DNA of 63,069 nucleotides, the filler included, from Intoshia linei (lineage: Eukaryota; Animalia; Orthonectida), in assembly GCA_001642005.1 (NCBI GenBank). It is 5 parts of 5 records of this genome, joined end to end, with 100 filler letters (N's around TTAATTAATTAA, not from the genome) between each part and the next. Parts side by side here need not be neighbours in the genome. Positions count along the whole stretch, not along the records: positions 31,151 to 43,730 come from LWCA01001072.1; positions 43,831 to 56,027 come from LWCA01001101.1; 3 more parts are not named here. One strand, 5' to 3'. The notes under the pieces were generated by a model, which worked only from the letters and a program-made list of their open reading frames with translations, did not search any database and was not told the origin of the DNA. Positions 38,715 to 52,800 of the stretch are shown piece after piece. Within the stretch, counting starts at the first letter, position 1, and each line of letters starts with the position of its first letter. The position numbers and the translations under genes were made by a program.

Positions 38715-41700
38715 TTAAATAAAATTACCAATAAACTTGTTCATTTTTGAAGAAAATGTAACAATTTTAATAATTTTACATGTTGATAAAAAATTCATTT
38801 TGGCATTGTATATAATTGAAAAAATACTAAAATTTTTTAAAATTATATTGTATTTGTACCTTTTAATCAACTTTTTGTTTATTTTTAAGGCATTAAATTT
38901 TTTATCCAATTCATCTATCAATAGTTTTACATATACAAATGACTGTTCGTTTCCCAAATCTATTTTACCATCCAAATATTCTTTTATTATATCCATTACA
39001 TCTAAAAATACCAACAGTATGAAAATTTATTTTTATCATCCTGGCCCAAGAACCTAGAACAACTGCAATACTAAAAACTAACCTTACCACTAAAATAGAA
39101 ATTTGCTTGAAATATATAAGAAAATCGGATTCCACTATCAATGTAATTCACTTGATCTTCAATTCCATAATAATTGACAACTTTCATATCAATATTAGGG
39201 CAGAGTAATGTTAACAATGAAAAAAAATCGTCTCTAGCCATAGCTTCTAATTTTCATTTAGTGGGTTTGATTTTACCGCCTTCAATAGAATAATTATAAT
39301 TGACATTACCTGAATCTATTAAAAGTTTTTCATAAGTATTCCAAAAAAACGAAATGAAACATTTTTTGTTGTATATATTTAACGATATATATCTGTATTC
39401 TTTATTTTTTATTTGCGTACCATCACAGATACTGGAAAAACTAAAGAAAAATTTTAACTTTTTTAATAATTGAATGACGTACTTATTCATCAAAATAAAA
39501 TTACTAAGAATGCAAATATTTGCTTTCTTCTTCATTGTTATCATAAGATTCATAAGCATCTTTGAAAATTTCCACTAATTTAAATTTTTCTAAGATTTTT
39601 AATTATTTACATTTATTTATGATTCAAAAATGAAATACCCAAATAGTCTGTATCCTTTATTTTGAAAATATTCATATTTTGTATTGGAAACTGTTTTTTA
39701 AAAATAGAAACAAAAATTACCATATTTGTCTATTGTTTTACAATCCAGACTACATTTCTTATAGACAGATTTTTCTTGTTCTCGTAGATTCAAAATTTAT
39801 TTTTGTTACTGATAAATTTGGTAAATAAACAAATTCCTGTCTTAAGTATTTATCTGAAATTTTGGTGACACGCAGCAATGTCGTCATAATGATTTACTGT
39901 AACTTTGTACAAGAAATATTTATAAAAATTAAATAATGTCGAAATGAATTAAACAAAAAATATATGAGAAAAATTGAAATGTTATTTGGGATTGGGAGTC
40001 CCAATTTGGGACCCATGTTTAGGTGAATAGTATAAATGAATTTATTTGTATTAAATAACGAATATCATTTACAAATTGTGTATTCTTGCATATAATGTTA
40101 TTACAGAATATATTTTCAATTTTATACAGCTAAACATAAATTTTCTCCATTGGTTGTAACGAAAAATTCCTTATTTTCAATAAGTTCGTTATTAGCATAA
40201 ACGTATTGCTACATAATTGCATAAAAAATGAATTTATAAATATAATATACTTGATTTTCACAAGTTAATTGAATTTGTTGACATTCCACACTAAAATATT
40301 GTAAATTAAAATTGATGAATAAAAAGGAGAATATTCTTAAACCCAACCATTTTTACTAAAAATCAAAATTTACAAATCCTTAAGGGAAAAATCCACTTTT
40401 ACAAACCCCTAAGGAAAAATCCCAATTCTACCAATCCTTATGAAAAAACCCACTTTTACCAACCTTTTTCTGAATTTTTCCCTTAAAAGTTGGTAAAACT
40501 AAAATTTTCCTTTTAAAGTTGGTAAAACAGGATTTTTCCCCATAAAGGTTGTTAAAATTGGAATTTTCTCTAAAGGGTTTTTAAAACCGAATTTTGCTTT
40601 TAGGGTGGGTAAAATTTGGATTTTCCATACAGGGCTTTTAAAATCGAATTTTTCCTTTAACACAACGGTTCTCAAACGGGGGTACTGGTATTCCCTAGGG
40701 GTATAAATTATTTTGGGGTACCAGTTCGTCTCATCCTATGACTCACATTTTATGATTCATAAATTATAAATATTTTTAAAATTTCGTAATATGCATTATC
40801 ATAATATCATAATACATTTATGTATCTATTTTTGATGAAGTAAAGTTTAATTAACTATTTATTTTATTTGATTTTTTTTAATTCACATGGTATCATAGTT
40901 ACAATAAATAGAAATTATTTTACGGTACCAAATTATATTTTTTTTAGTTTAGGGGTACCAACTGCGAAGTATGTTGAGAACCTCTGCTTTAAAGGCTGTT
41001 AAAACTGAATTTTTCCTTTTAGTGTTGGTAAATTTTGATTTTTATTAAAAATGGTTGGATTTAAGTAGACACCAATAAAAAAGGTACGGCAATATTATAA
41101 TACTGTAAATCGCATTGTTAAATTTATATAAACAGTAACATTATTATGTGTTAATTCACGGTTTGTCGTGTCAATTTTAAAAAAATTACATTTGGTTTTT
41201 TGACGATTTTGAATTTTTAAAAATCAACATGATTGAATCTTCACTATTGACCATCTAAAACAAATAATAAACAAAATAGCCCAAACAATCGTAACAATTT
41301 TCGGTTGGATTTTAATATCATGTGCAAAGTCTTCAATACATGGTGTTTTGATGCATTCGTGGCACTGATTCACTAAAATAAACAAACGTTACATCACCTT
41401 TCCCAACCTTCGTCACATGGGGCAGAATTAAAAACCATGAAACTGTTTTTTTATTTAATTTTTCCTAATACATTGTATTAATTTAAAATTAGTAAAATGC
41501 AATTTTCTCTGAAATCTGATTAAGACCAATAATAAATAAGTAATTATTGAAAAGACTTGAAAACAAACATTTCAATTTGTCCATAAATATATTCCAAATA
41601 CTAAAAGTATAAACATCTTTAGTTTTATGAGTACACGTTGGTTTGTATTTAATTAATATGGAATCCACATCAGGTTGCTTAAAATATTTTGACATGAATG

Positions 41701-42380
41701 GATTCAAATAAGTGAAATAATATTTCTTTAAAAATGTCGGTATTTTTCTAAACAAAAATTAAATTTACAATTTCTGAAAAAAACTTTGTAGATAAAATTT
41801 GATAACGTTTATCAGCAACTTTTCCAACTTCAATGCTGTAAACTGCATTTAAAATTTCACTCTTCTAAAATATCTGTAAATATTTCCCATCAATACTTTA
41901 CTTTAGAATCCAATAGTTTTAATAATTTCAAATTAACAATTTTCGGATCAAGTAATCGATTAAATGTAATTTTGAACGTTTTTCTATAATATTAAATTAA
42001 AATTGTAAATAGAAATTTACTTTTTTAAATCGTTAACAGAATAGCAAAACTCTTCTAAACCTTGTTCACTTTTTGTAGGTAAACTGCATTGATTGATTTC
42101 ATTGAATTTTCCAACAGGTACCGGCAGAATAGGTGGGGTTCTAGAGTTTTTTGGCTAAATTATAATTATAATACAATTATTAATTAACAAATAAATGTAA
42201 ATATTAGTTATATTTTTTAAAAAAAAAAAGTAATGAAACAACGCAATGTCAAGATGAAAATTTAAAAAAATCAAAACAATAACTCTGTTTATATATTCTC
42301 CATGGCTTGATAACCAATGAACCAATCAGACTGAAGAAAAATTTAAGCGCAATTAATACGACAGGTAATATATATTTCAT
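38715..42380 (-). CDS. Orphan multi-exon gene, possibly secreted or membrane-bound and Cys-containing (structure unresolved)
   Basis: A chain of exon-like segments separated by short GT-AG introns. Hydrophobic start MKYILPVVLIALKFFFSLIGS at 42380, with segments such as RTPPILPVPVGKFNEINQCSLP and SAPCDEGWE. A complete frame was not reconstructed. Confidence 0.45.
40326..41073. mobile_element. Foldback-like element with long inverted arms made of short tandem units
   Basis: The left arm CTTAAACCCAACCATTTTTACTAAAAATCAAAATTTAC mirrors the right arm GTAAATTTTGATTTTTATTAAAAATGGTTGGATTTAAG. AATAAAAA direct flanks. Confidence 0.7.
40663..40986. mobile_element. hAT-type MITE nested in the foldback element
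   Basis: TIR CAACGGTTCTCAA / TTGAGAACCTCTG, with imperfect 8-bp flanks CTTTAACA / CTTTAAAG. Confidence 0.7.
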
Positions 42381-42475
42381 TATCTACAATTAAATAATAT
42401 TTATTATCACTCAAATATATACAATGTATCAATAGTTAAAATGTAAATCTTGAAAAATATTGAATTTGTTTATGG

Positions 42476-43730
42476 CAGGGGTGGGCGATGATTGAACAAT
42501 CGGTGGCCAAATCTGTCTAGCGAAAATTCCTAGAGGCCACAACAAAAAATAAAAATAATTGTTGTATGTATTTGCATAAATTCTTTTTCTTTCATATGTT
42601 TATTTTACAAAGAATTGTTGCTCTTAAAATCGGTTCAATGAGATTAAAAATCATTTCCTCAGAAAAGTAATTTATTTTGAACTATTGAACTTGTTTTTGT
42701 ATTTAGCTGTTGCCAAATCGTCAATGTCTGGTTCAAACTTGCTAGTTTTCAAAATCAAACTCTTTTCTAGGTGCAGGTCTGTGATATTTCTGAAACCAGT
42801 CAATTAATATATTATCATTTGACAACTCAATCAACTCTAGTTGAAAATTATCGTTACATTCATCGACCTTAACTATGTGTGGCTCAAAAACAAGTTGCAT
42901 TAATGGTTCAAATTTTTCAAAATCTTGAAACCGTGTCATATATTGATCATATAAAGATGCGAGATAAGTTTCAAATCTTTTAAAAATAGAGGCTAATGGT
43001 GTTGTGTTGCTTGAAGTTTCTTTCAAGTATGGAAAATGTATATGTGAAATATTTTCCTTGTTTATTGTTATATACCGTATGAATGTTTTTTTGATTTCCT
43101 GGTAAGAATACATTTAAATCATTGTTTCAACATTATATCCAATAAAAAGGCCATGTTTAGAAGAAAATCTGCATCGGTCAATATACATTCTTTCTCTAAA
43201 GTTTCAAAAAAATTTAAATTTTAATCAATCAAAATTATACTAAACTCGAATAAAACATTAATTAATAAGGATAAAATTTATTTATATACAATTTTCATTA
43301 TGATAATTTTGTATTTTAATATGAACTGATGTTTAATGAATAATACGTGGCAAATCGTTTGACGCAAAAATGCGTCAAAATGTTGCAATGGGTTAAGATC
43401 ATATTGAACAAACAGCTCGTTGACTTGATTATAAACATCCAATCCTCGAGCCTGTCCAGTGATCGTCTGCATACCTAACAATTCTTCAAAAAGATTAAAA
43501 TTTTGATCTATAACTCTGGCAAATATAAGTAATTGGGCTGAATCAGTCGCATCTGTTGATTCATCAATAGCCAATGAAAAGTTTGTTGTTGTATGAGAAA
43601 GTAAATCGAATAGCTTTTTCTTCAAATTTTGAACAATTTCAGTCTGTCTATTGACAATACAGCGCCTTGAAATAAAAATATTTTCATACTTTGATATATT
43701 ATCTGGCTCGACACATTTGACCGTTTCAAT
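42476..43730 (-). mobile_element. Decayed hAT transposon (GTF2IRD2/SPIN-like transposase)
   Basis: FSLAIDESTDATDSAQLLIFAR...FEELL motif, HFPYLKE...RFQDF, terminal CAGGGGTGGGCGA. Internally deleted and cut by the gap. Confidence 0.88.
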
Positions 43731-43830
43731 NNNNNNNNNNNNNNNNNNNNNNNNNNNNNNNNNNNNNNNNNNNNTTAATTAATTAANNNNNNNNNNNNNN
43801 NNNNNNNNNNNNNNNNNNNNNNNNNNNNNN

Positions 43831-44310
43831 TAAAAAAATTATATCTTCAGTGCCAAAACCACAAATTACCCTTCTTTTTTTAATAAAAACAGCCCTAGAA
43901 TTTCAAAAAATTCACAGATAGTACAGTTGTATCCTGTTAACACACTTAAAAAATTTCAATTTGAATCAATGACGACTTCACGGTCAAAAAAGCATTTTAG
44001 TATTCATATATTTTTTTTTGAAATATTTTATTAAAACAAAAAATGTGTGAATAATTTACAGGTCCGAAAATTAAAAAAAAAAATTATTCTGATAGAACTT
44101 ATTCCAGTTGATATAAATATTTTTTTTTTGAAATATTTTATTAAAACAAAAAATGTGAAATAATTAACGGTCCGTAATTAAAAAAAAGATTATTCTGATA
44201 GAGCTTATTCCAGTTGAGATAAATTCAAAATTTCAACCCCAGAAATCTACGCATTCCTGGTGAAAAATAATTTTTAATTTATTATCAACCAATATTTTTC
44301 AATATTAACA
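43831..44310 (+). mobile_element. Helitron-like family fragment with an internal duplication of about 110 bp
   Basis: Matches 48525-48860. The segment at about 44005-44115 is repeated at about 44118-44222. Confidence 0.7.
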
Positions 44311-44319
44311 AATAAATAA

Positions 44320-46719
44320 AAAATTAAATTAATTACTCTGCTTTCATATTCTTCAATCAAAACACACAAATTTGAATTAATATTCAAATTGGATTCAAAT
44401 ATAATGTACTAAATTAGAAATGTACACATTAACACTATTCGTAAATTAAAACCTTCCAAATTAATTTTTGGCAACTGTAAATATCATGCGGTATAGGTAA
44501 ACCAACACCAACATAAACTAAAGCATGTTCATCTACAAAACGTCTTAATTTAATATCAATATTAAAATTACGCTCTAGATATGAATTGGAATAGTTTTTG
44601 ATTAACTGAGAAAATTTCTAAAATGTTTGATTATTTTAAATTGCTTATAATGCTTAAATCAGCGTTTTTCATATTATTTGTCGAACCGGTAATTTCAATT
44701 GATGTTTAATAGTATGTCGTGAATACATGTGTATAATATACACTGTATATATAATAAGATTTATTCAATAAATCCTTACAATTTTCGACCTTAATTCAAG
44801 GACATAGATCTCACACAAAAAATATCTAATAAGGGTGTCGTGAATTTTTTGGGCTTTAATGACATAATGTTAACTAGTGCTAGCAGTTGATAAAAGCGTT
44901 TAATAAATTTATCAATTAATTTTGAGAAAAATTGAATTTTACCAACCTGGCATGATGCGAACTGCGAATGTAAATGAAACACGACTGCAACATGAATTTT
45001 ACATTTTCATCAATAATCATCATTCCAATAGTAATATAATAATAATAATATATAATAATAATAATGATAGTAATAGTAATAATATAATCCGTTAATAATC
45101 ATTCCGTAACAATCTGTAACGAAATGAAATTCGATTTTAAGTGAAGTTCTTTTTTACCCATTTTTTAAATATTTTGAAGATAATATTAGGTCCAAAATTT
45201 TGTAGAGTTTTTAAGGTAATATTTTTAACATTTTAAGGGTGTTCAAAAAAATCTTTCGATAATTTAAATTTTTGTAATATTTATTATTTTAATGAGCGTT
45301 ATTATGACATACGCTATTTAGAATTTCTCCCAACTAATCAATAAGTGAATAAAGAAGAATATATACACAAAGTAATAATAATAAAGATGGAGATGGTAAG
45401 AGGCGACATGGACAGATGAGATAGAAGATTGAAATATTACCATTTTCATATACTTCATTTATTTATATTTAAATTTAGTATTTCGATTAAATTAGTTTTA
45501 TAATAACTGAATTCAAACACCAAAAACGGGAAACCGTCACCGCGTCGTGACTTCATTCATCTGCATCATACTACATTGTGTATTTTGAAAAACTCTGATA
45601 TAATTATTAATATATGTACTATTTTAAGGATATTACTCTATATATAACAGGTTTATACATCAACGAATCACGTCTACTAAGTCCTATTGCTCCATACCGA
45701 TTACCTACATGAACCCCCAAAACAATATGTTTATATTTTTTTCCTTCACATACACTATGGAATGTAATTGTAAATCTTTTCAAATCATTGATATGGTTAG
45801 TTAATTTCCTACAATTAATTGTATACCCATTTATATAATAAATTACATGGCTAATACAACAGCTTCTAAACATTTTATTGGCAGTTTACTTTCATATATT
45901 CGATTTGCTAATCCTATGATTCTAAACAATTTGTATTAACAAAAGGTTATCATAGAAAGTGGTCAAATGGCATAATAAAAATTTATACGAATAATATGAT
46001 CTTTTTTTGTTTATTACAAAATGAGCTTCAGCGGCACTATTGTATCTTAAATAAAGTTATATATATATATATAATAAAATGTACACTACAGCCGAGCCGA
46101 ACCTACAAAGCTCAAGGCCATGAAAATAAACAACAAAACCTAAAAAAATTTCAAACTATGATTAGTGTCATATAACCCCAGCCACCTATCCAAAGTTTTG
46201 ACTTGAAATTTTAAATTTAACACACGAAATAGTTATGATATTCAAGAAAGGAATATTTTTAATTCTCAATTTTGAAAAATGACGCTTCCTTGTAGAAAAA
46301 TTTCTTATAGCTTTCTTCTTCATAAATGTTGTCTGTAGTACAGTAAGTTCGGCACTGATTACAGTGCATATCATACATGATGTCATAATGTAAATCTATG
46401 TCTTAATTAAAAAATCGATTTCTAATTTATTTTGAAGAAATTTTCAAAATTTGGTTTATAATTAAAAGTGTGACCATAAAATAATGACCTATGAATATAT
46501 ATTAAATAACAATCTATAAGATGCACGGGTTATAATTTCATATATGGTAATAACTGTAAATTGTTAAATTTAATAAAAAACCAAAAATTACCCGATGGAT
46601 GATATAATATTTTGAAAATGATCAATTTCTTTAATAATACTTTTGTGCGTTTCATTTTCAATTGTGGGTAATTTGATATTTTTCACATTTGATTTGGTTT
46701 TTACTATTTTTTGTTTCAT
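44320..46719 (-). CDS. VASH: Vasohibin (tubulinyl-Tyr carboxypeptidase)
   Basis: Spliced product IGYNSAAEAHFVINKKRSY...ESKLPIKCLEAVVLAMKLTN...LKRFTITFHS...YKHIVLGV...RYGAIGLSRRDSLMYKP...LPIPHDIYSCQKLIWK. Catalytic Cys and His motifs are intact. The 3' end is approximate. Confidence 0.93.
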
Positions 46720-48239
46720 TTTTCATGTTTGGTAAATCATTTTTTTAATTTGTAATAATTTTAAATATACATAAATGGACATAAGAAATAGTTGCGATTA
46801 TTGTTACATGTAACAATAGTGCAAATCCGAAACAAATTTATGATACATAATTAATTGGGTCATTGTAAAACTAATATTAATAAAAAGTATTGTTACTGAC
46901 ATTAACATTTTTGATAACAATTGGACAATTATGTTTGATTTATATTGTATTGTTTAATCATTACAGAATGATAATTATACACTTGCATTACAATGTACTT
47001 GTATTTAAATTTCAATCGTGATAGTCGTTATATTATTAGTAAATTGTATATTTTATATATTCTATATATCAGTGATGGCAACCAAATCAAATTTTGATAT
47101 TATATTTTAAAATTATTTCCTGTATTATCAGCCCGCCCATATTAGAACACGTGACCCTTGTTAAATCATAGGATCTACATTTATTATTTATTTTATGATT
47201 TTTTTAAGTGTGTTAAAAAAATGTCAACTGTGTAATTTTAGCACAAAAAAACACCTTTTTCCAACACTGTTATAGAATCCACTAGATAAATAATAACCAC
47301 TAATAAAATATAAAATCTATTATTTTATCTAAAATTTTAAATTATTTAAAATTAAAATACAATGTTTTATACATATATTGTATATTGTGGGGTAGGTTAT
47401 AAAATCATCAACATTATCATACATTATTATACAGATTATTCTATCATACATATTAGATATCATACACAGATTATTCTATTTTTAAAAAATAAATATAGTC
47501 ATAGAATTTTATAAAAAATGACAGTTGATACAGATTTATCCAAATAACACAGTAAAAAAATATTAACATTTTAAAAACATTAATTAATATAAAAAAGAAT
47601 TGTCAATTTTCGAAACAATTGACTAAAACCGATAATTTAAACAAGATATACCTATACTGAGAAGTATTAAACCTACCATTGATAGTCAGACAGTGTATTT
47701 TCTGCTACCGGAAATATAATTACTAAAGGTCGATCAAGAATATCTGCAAATATAATATTTTAAAATATTAAGTAAATACAATATATTTAAAATATATATA
47801 ATAAGTATGTTTAAATAAATTATAAAGATTAAATTAGTTTTGATATTTAAAAAAAAATTTACCAGTAAAAATTCGGCAAATTGGCAACCTAGTTGACATA
47901 AGAAGTTTTTGTCATAAGATTTCGTAAAATCGTGTTTTTCAAAAAAATTTGGAAAAAGAGAATTTGCAACTTTGCAACTAAGAGTTGGTAAAATGGGATT
48001 TTTCAAAAAAAAATTTGATAAATAAATTTTTTCCTTAAGGGTTGGTATAATTGGATTTTTTAAAAAAATATCGGTAAAAATCAATTTTACCCTGAAGGTT
48101 TCAAAGTGTATTTTTTATTAACACGTGTAAATATTATTAAATTAGTGGAATTTTTAAAATAATAATTTAGCGGTTGTCTAGGCTTTCGGATAAATTCGCA
48201 ATATCTGGCAAATCTTACCCAAATCGCACAGTGCGATAG

Positions 48240-49469
48240 TCCTTACTTATATAATATGATATGCAGTATTTGTTTTTTTGTGTGTGTTACCGTTTATTTC
48301 AATAACTACCAGTCTTAGAATTTTATAAAGTCAACATTTCTGTTACAATTTTTTCCGGAGGTGTTAGCAATATAAATTTCAACTTCCCAAACTCACATCT
48401 AACGGGTCAAAAAGCCTAATTATCTTTTTTTTTTGAAAATCAAACAAGTTCAAGAATTTAAAAAAATATATACTCTGATACGGATTTTAAATTAATCAAT
48501 ATTATAATAAATTTAAATATAAAAAAATATATCTTTAGGGCCAAAACCCCAAATTACCTATTTTGTTAATGAAACAGTTAATGAAAGATACAGTTGTATC
48601 CTGTTAACACACAAAAAAACTCAATCTGAATAAGTGACGCCTTCACGGTTTAAAAAAGCATTTTAGTAATCATATATTTTTTTCCAAAATATTTTATTAA
48701 AACAAAAAATGTGAAATAATTAACGATCCGAAAATTAAAAAAAAAAATTTCTGATAGAGCTTATTCCAGTTGATATAAATACAAAATTTCAACCCTAGAA
48801 ATCTACCATTCATGGTCACAAATAATTTTTAATATATTATCAACCAATATTTTTTAAATATTTCGATTAAAATTAAAAATTGAAAATTTAAATATTGATC
48901 TTAGAGTTTCAAAAAAAATGTGAATTATACATCTACACATTTCCCATAAAGACATATAGGTGAAAATCTATATAATTTATTCCTTCGCAATTTTTCATTC
49001 TCATATTCAAACATTTTGTTTAAAATTTAAATTAAAACTTTGTTATTATTATTTTTATAATTATTCAATCCTTTGCAATATTGGTGAAATTCACCTGAAA
49101 TATGTTTATAAAGTGAAGATTCCGTTAATTATTGATATATAATTGATATTTTTAAGTATTTATTAAATTGGTATTGAATATATATTATCACATTATAAAT
49201 GACAAAATATTTTTTTATAATTTTATTTTTTTTGGAATTTATGTTATTTATGACAAGTTTTAGGATTGGACTGTTTTTACTTTATTTTTAAAATTCTTTA
49301 CGCAAATGTTAAAACAAAATTAAGATGGAATAATTCAATTTAAAGTAAAAAGTAATGTGATATGACGGTTCCAACTGAAACAAGTTTGGGAACCACTCCT
49401 TTACAGAATTGATAATAGTGAATAGTAAGATTTTCAACGTGAATTTATTTTACATAACAGTCAACCTAG
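48240..49469 (+). mobile_element. Non-autonomous Helitron-like element, near-complete copy
   Basis: 5' TCCTTACTTATATAAT and 3' GTCAACCTAG|T. Homology with 8166-9327 ends at these termini. Confidence 0.8.
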
Positions 49470-49860
49470 TTAATACTAAAAGTAAAGTATAAAGTTAAAT
49501 TAATATATAAAGTAAACACTCTAAATTTTAGATTGTAAAATGTATCGGCTTCTATAATTTCTTCTTTAATGTCTCTTAATTTAGCCTAAGCACAATAATA
49601 CATTACAGTATCATACATTAGTGCAAAAACGATAGACTCTGTCATAAATGAATGTCATTTTGATATACATTTGTATCTTGTTTTAAATTTTACAACATAT
49701 TTTTGACATACAAATGTTATTTTTAAATAACGAACATTCTTCACATGGTTAACAGAAATGAACGTAATATTAGTATATTAGTGCAATCTAAAATAATAAA
49801 ATCAAAAATAATTACATGCCTCAAATTGAAACTCTAAATTTGTCTTTGTGTCAATTCCAG

Positions 49861-52800
49861 ACTAAAGGTTTTCAATTTGTCATATCACAAAGATAAATCC
49901 GATATCTTTAAATATTTTAATAAGTGTAAGAATTATTTTCAACGAAAAAATTTTTGTGTAAATGTAGTAATGTACTATTTAAGACAACACGATAACAGTA
50001 GTCATTTAAGTGAAACCTATTTTATCGATATTTGCGATTGTATTATTTCTCATCCAATTTTAAATGTCTTTCAATTGATGAGTTTGTCTCTTTATGACTA
50101 TTGGGGTTATCTTATAGAGAATCAAGAATATGTTGAGCAAACATGCAAAATCATTGAAAATGTTTGCTCAAACATAATTATTTTTTTTAAAGATATTGTA
50201 CCTCACATTTATAATTTAAATCAAAAAAAATGCACCGGTTTATTATTATGGTATCAAATCCATTTTACAACACTATTTGTTGGATAAGGTATTTTATTCC
50301 TAATTTGATGATTTCGAAGCTTATATTTATAATTATATTTTGATAATATTATTTTATTATTCATTATATATCAATATTTTTTATCTCACAAAAGGGGCGC
50401 ATAAGTTTTATCAGCCTTTATTAATCTAAAAAATAACGTTTCTTGTATTTTAGGTATGTTTAAGCCTTTAAGTATTTAATTCAATAAGCTAATCAAGGAT
50501 TTCAACATAAACAAATGATGTATATTTTTTTGTAATTACATTTATAGTTAAACGTATTACCACAAAAAAATTACAAAATGTTACTTAAAACTATTGTTTC
50601 TATTTACAAAGAATATTCTCATTCAATTTCTATTATCAATTACATTTATCAAATGATTGATTATAATTATCTTAAATATTACAATTACCCAACAATTTAC
50701 GAAACTTTTTATCAAATATTTTTGGACAATGTTTTATTTTATTTGGATAATATGTCCATCAAATTTACTAGCATTTTGTTAAGCAATATTGATGATTTGT
50801 TCAATGAAAAATGTGAAAAAATCGAAACATATTAATAATTTTTATATAGAATAAACGAAAATTTATTATATATGGGTATGGTTAGACCAGTAAAACTGTT
50901 CATGAAAAGTCGATTGTTAATATTTTCTTAATTTTATTTTTTTTTAGCGAGCATTCATTTGAGCGACATAATCATCGTATTTGTTAATCATAATATTGAT
51001 TTTTTGAAAATGTTTATGTGGTTTCTTTAATGACGCTGATCAAAATTTTTAAGGGTTTTTAAGGGAAAATTTTTTTCTACCATTTTTTGAAGATTTTTTT
51101 AAATAATTTGGTGAATTTGGTAATAAAACATTTTTACATATTATTAATGAACATGTAAACAAAATTTTTTAATTTTGATATTTATAATTGACCAACCTGG
51201 GCCAACTGGTCTCCGTCCATCTTAAAAACATTTAAACGTTGATAAAATTGCTTATTTTAATTTTTGGAACAATAGAAATAATTTTATGATGGATCCGCTT
51301 CAGTCGTTCATTGAGGAACGCTTTTTGGTAAGCTTAGAGTTACTAGTCATGTACTGGTTCAAAACAGTTAACCAGCCTTGGTTAATTAATATATTTTTAT
51401 TTATACATAATTTATAGAAATAAAAACAATAATCATATGTCTGAACAAATTTATTTACACTAGATGGATCATGATTACATTCAATTACGAACCTTCATGG
51501 GAGCTTTTAAATAATGATGACAATTACAATTATGTAATTGATTTGAACATTACTTTACCCATATTAATTTAGTTAAATTTATTGCTTTTATACTTGGGCT
51601 ATCCGGATAGAGCTGATTCCACTTACACTTTTGATTTAATTTTTAAATTAATAACATCAAGTGAAAGTAAAGAAGATTTTTTCGCTTACATTGTCAACAA
51701 TGTCATTGAAAATTTAGTATTCTTAGAGTATTAATTTGTTATTAATTTTTTCATAATAGAATGAAGCCTCAATGAAAATTCTGGAAAATTTAACCCAAAG
51801 AATTATGCCTGTTTTAAATATAGATCATTTTGAAGCACACTACCAGCAATATTTAGCGGATAGATTGTTGTTTAAAATGGCATCAACGAAAAATGCTGAA
51901 ATTTACTTTGAAATTTTATCTGTATTTTACTTACTCACAATTTCAAAAATATTTGTATTTAGCCATTTTTATCTATTCAGTACATGAGAAAATTGAAAAT
52001 AATGATATGAGATATTGTTAATTCCTTAAATGCTAAGGTTGAATTTGATGATAAATATAGGGTTTAATTTTTTTTACTTGATTTAATTGTTACTTGTATA
52101 GGAAATAATTGGAGACAAAGTCGAATTTACCACATTGAGTCAATTTTCTTGGTCATATTTAGATGCTCATATTTAGATTTTCCTATATAACATTTCAGCA
52201 CCCTTATTTTAAACTTTATACGGCATAACTTAGATAACAAACTGTATGTTTTGGATGCTAGTTTTTCTCCTAAAGATACGACTAAAACTCAAATTAAAGG
52301 TATGAAAAACCCTTATATACGTGAAAAATGTATTTTACCAATAAAGACATTGCAAAAAATTAATTTTCATATAGTCTTGTGGAGCATAGGCAAATACTGT
52401 ATATTTTTTAGTATTACATGTATAATCAAGGCAGCGAGCTTTGCTGGTACCAGAAAAACATTGCTGATTTTTCTTAACAGCAAAAAATATTGGTAGCAGC
52501 ATGCTGGTGTCCACAATGCGATTTTCTTATATCACTATCCTAACGTTAAATATTATAGTTTAAACTTCAATGTTGTATTTGTAAATTTTATGTTAGCAAT
52601 AATAACAAAAGTATAAAATTACTATATATTTGAATTTTGTCGAGTATTATGATCGTTAAAAAAACTATTGACATTAACCCTTTCGCTGTTTTTGCAATCT
52701 ATATATGCACAGTAAAATAATGAAACAATTCTTGTATTCAGGAGTCAAAGTGTTTTAAGGCAATAAATATTTTTATTTTGAACAATACATTGTATGTGAT

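Noticed and set aside
40330-40660. Regularly spaced short repeats resembling a CRISPR array
   Set aside because: Degenerate tandem units without unique spacers, no cas genes, and a eukaryotic intron context.
52008-52010. Stop-codon reassignment or selenocysteine as an explanation for in-frame TGA codons
   Set aside because: The conserved genes here translate with the standard code, and PTGES2 ends in TGA. Internal stops are confined to transposon remnants, the disrupted cullin and unresolved orphan frames.
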